Below are positions 62,961 through 64,000 of a stretch of DNA of 64,000 bases, piece after piece; positions within the stretch are counted from its first letter, which is position 1; each line of letters begins with the position of its first letter. The stretch lies in the NCBI RefSeq assembly GCF_009914755.1, contig NC_060925.1, one strand, 5' to 3'. The notes beneath the pieces were generated by a model. The model was not told the DNA's origin, did not search any database, and saw only the letters and a list, made by a program, of their open reading frames with translations. Source of the DNA: the human T2T-CHM13v2.0 reference genome, Homo sapiens. Position numbers and translations under genes: made by a program.

Positions 62961-63819
62961 AGACACCATGTTTTAATATAACTGACAACAAAGATGTTTA
63001 TTCTGTGTCCAGACTCATCTCTTGGGCCCAGGCCTGAGACCTCAAGTGTCACGCAGAGCTCCAGCCCTGTCTGCCTCCTACCTCCCTGGCCTATAGCAGT
63101 TTTGCTATATCAGGCTCTTTCGTGAGGGCTTATGCTTCCCTTTCACTGTCTATTCACCCTGGGACACAGCAAAAGGTGAAATGCACTATCCCTATATTGG
63201 ATACTAGAAATTCCAATCTACTTCCTACCTCCTGTTCCAATCTACCACCGTAGAGGCAGTGAAGAGAAAAATGGAATATTCCCCCCCACCATGCCTCTCT
63301 GTCTTCACTCTATTCCCTTAGTCTACCTTTTTGTGACCTTTTTCCTTCAAAGATTTCCCTGGAAAAATGCTGGGGTTACAGGAGAGACACCATGTGGTTT
63401 GTCTCAAATTTCCTAGGAATGGATAGGCTTCCAATTTCAAGAGATCCTTTGAGTCCTTAATCATTTCTTCCTTCATCATGACTCAGATATTCTTGCACAC
63501 TGATCACTAACTTTGTCTGTGTCAGTGAAATTTGGTTCTAGTTGAGATTCAGTTCCAGGTGACTGAGTACTTGCACATAGCTGCACTCTCTAAGGTGTAG
63601 TACATTCTCATGTTCCTAAAGATTTGCTCTTCTCTTTCTAGCATGTGTTCCCAGGAAGAATACGATCCACTGTGTAAGAATGCATTCTACAATGCATTCT
63701 ACCAAAGACTTGTGCTTGTTTTGTTGTCTTGGTTGCATTTCTGGGAGGCATAATCCTGATCCTCGTCCAACTGAAGAATCTAAGTACCCAAGCTTGGAAG
63801 CCCTTTCTCTAAGAATATA

Positions 63820-64000
63820 CAGTAGTCCCCCACTTATCTGAAAGGGATACATTCCAAGACTGCCAGTGGATGCCTGAAGCCACAGATAGAACCAAGCCTC
63901 ACATATACTATGTTTTTCTGATCTGATAATCAAGATGGCTAAATGATTTTGTGCAGATAAAAAGGTAGGATTCGCATCCTGGGCAGGAATGGAGTAGGAC
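63820..64000 (+). mobile_element. MER44-type (Tigger7 family) element running off the window
   Basis: ta|cagtagtcccccacttatc..gatacattccaagactgccagtggatgcctgaa. Confidence 0.8.

Overview
Primate genomic DNA, very probably human because it carries a young AluYa5. It is intergenic or intronic and dominated by interspersed repeats: about 50 Alu/FLAM/FRAM copies, several L1s (a near full-length L1MC-type element, and an L1PB-type element with both ends but no ORF1), L2, ERVL/MaLR LTRs and DNA transposons (a Tigger1 with both TIRs, Tigger2a, MER3, MER5, MER44, MER47, MER53). The only recognisable gene-derived sequence is a dead processed pseudogene of NUCKS1 (50314-51846, minus strand) inserted into Tigger1. 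I found no intact protein-coding exon, RNA gene or CpG island, and almost all tracked ORFs are repeat translations. I cannot support a new gene system. The unusual signals are DNA repair and recombination scars: (1) a perfect 213-bp tandem duplication made by AluYa5 x FLAM recombination; (2) three separate locally templated insertions whose donors all lie about 1.5 kb away; (3) an apparent gene-conversion tract between two inverted L1MC copies about 14 kb apart; (4) two AluYs inside a single target-site duplication (TSD). Repeat subfamily names come from recalled consensus sequences and most repeat boundaries are approximate; both need RepeatMasker/Dfam confirmation.
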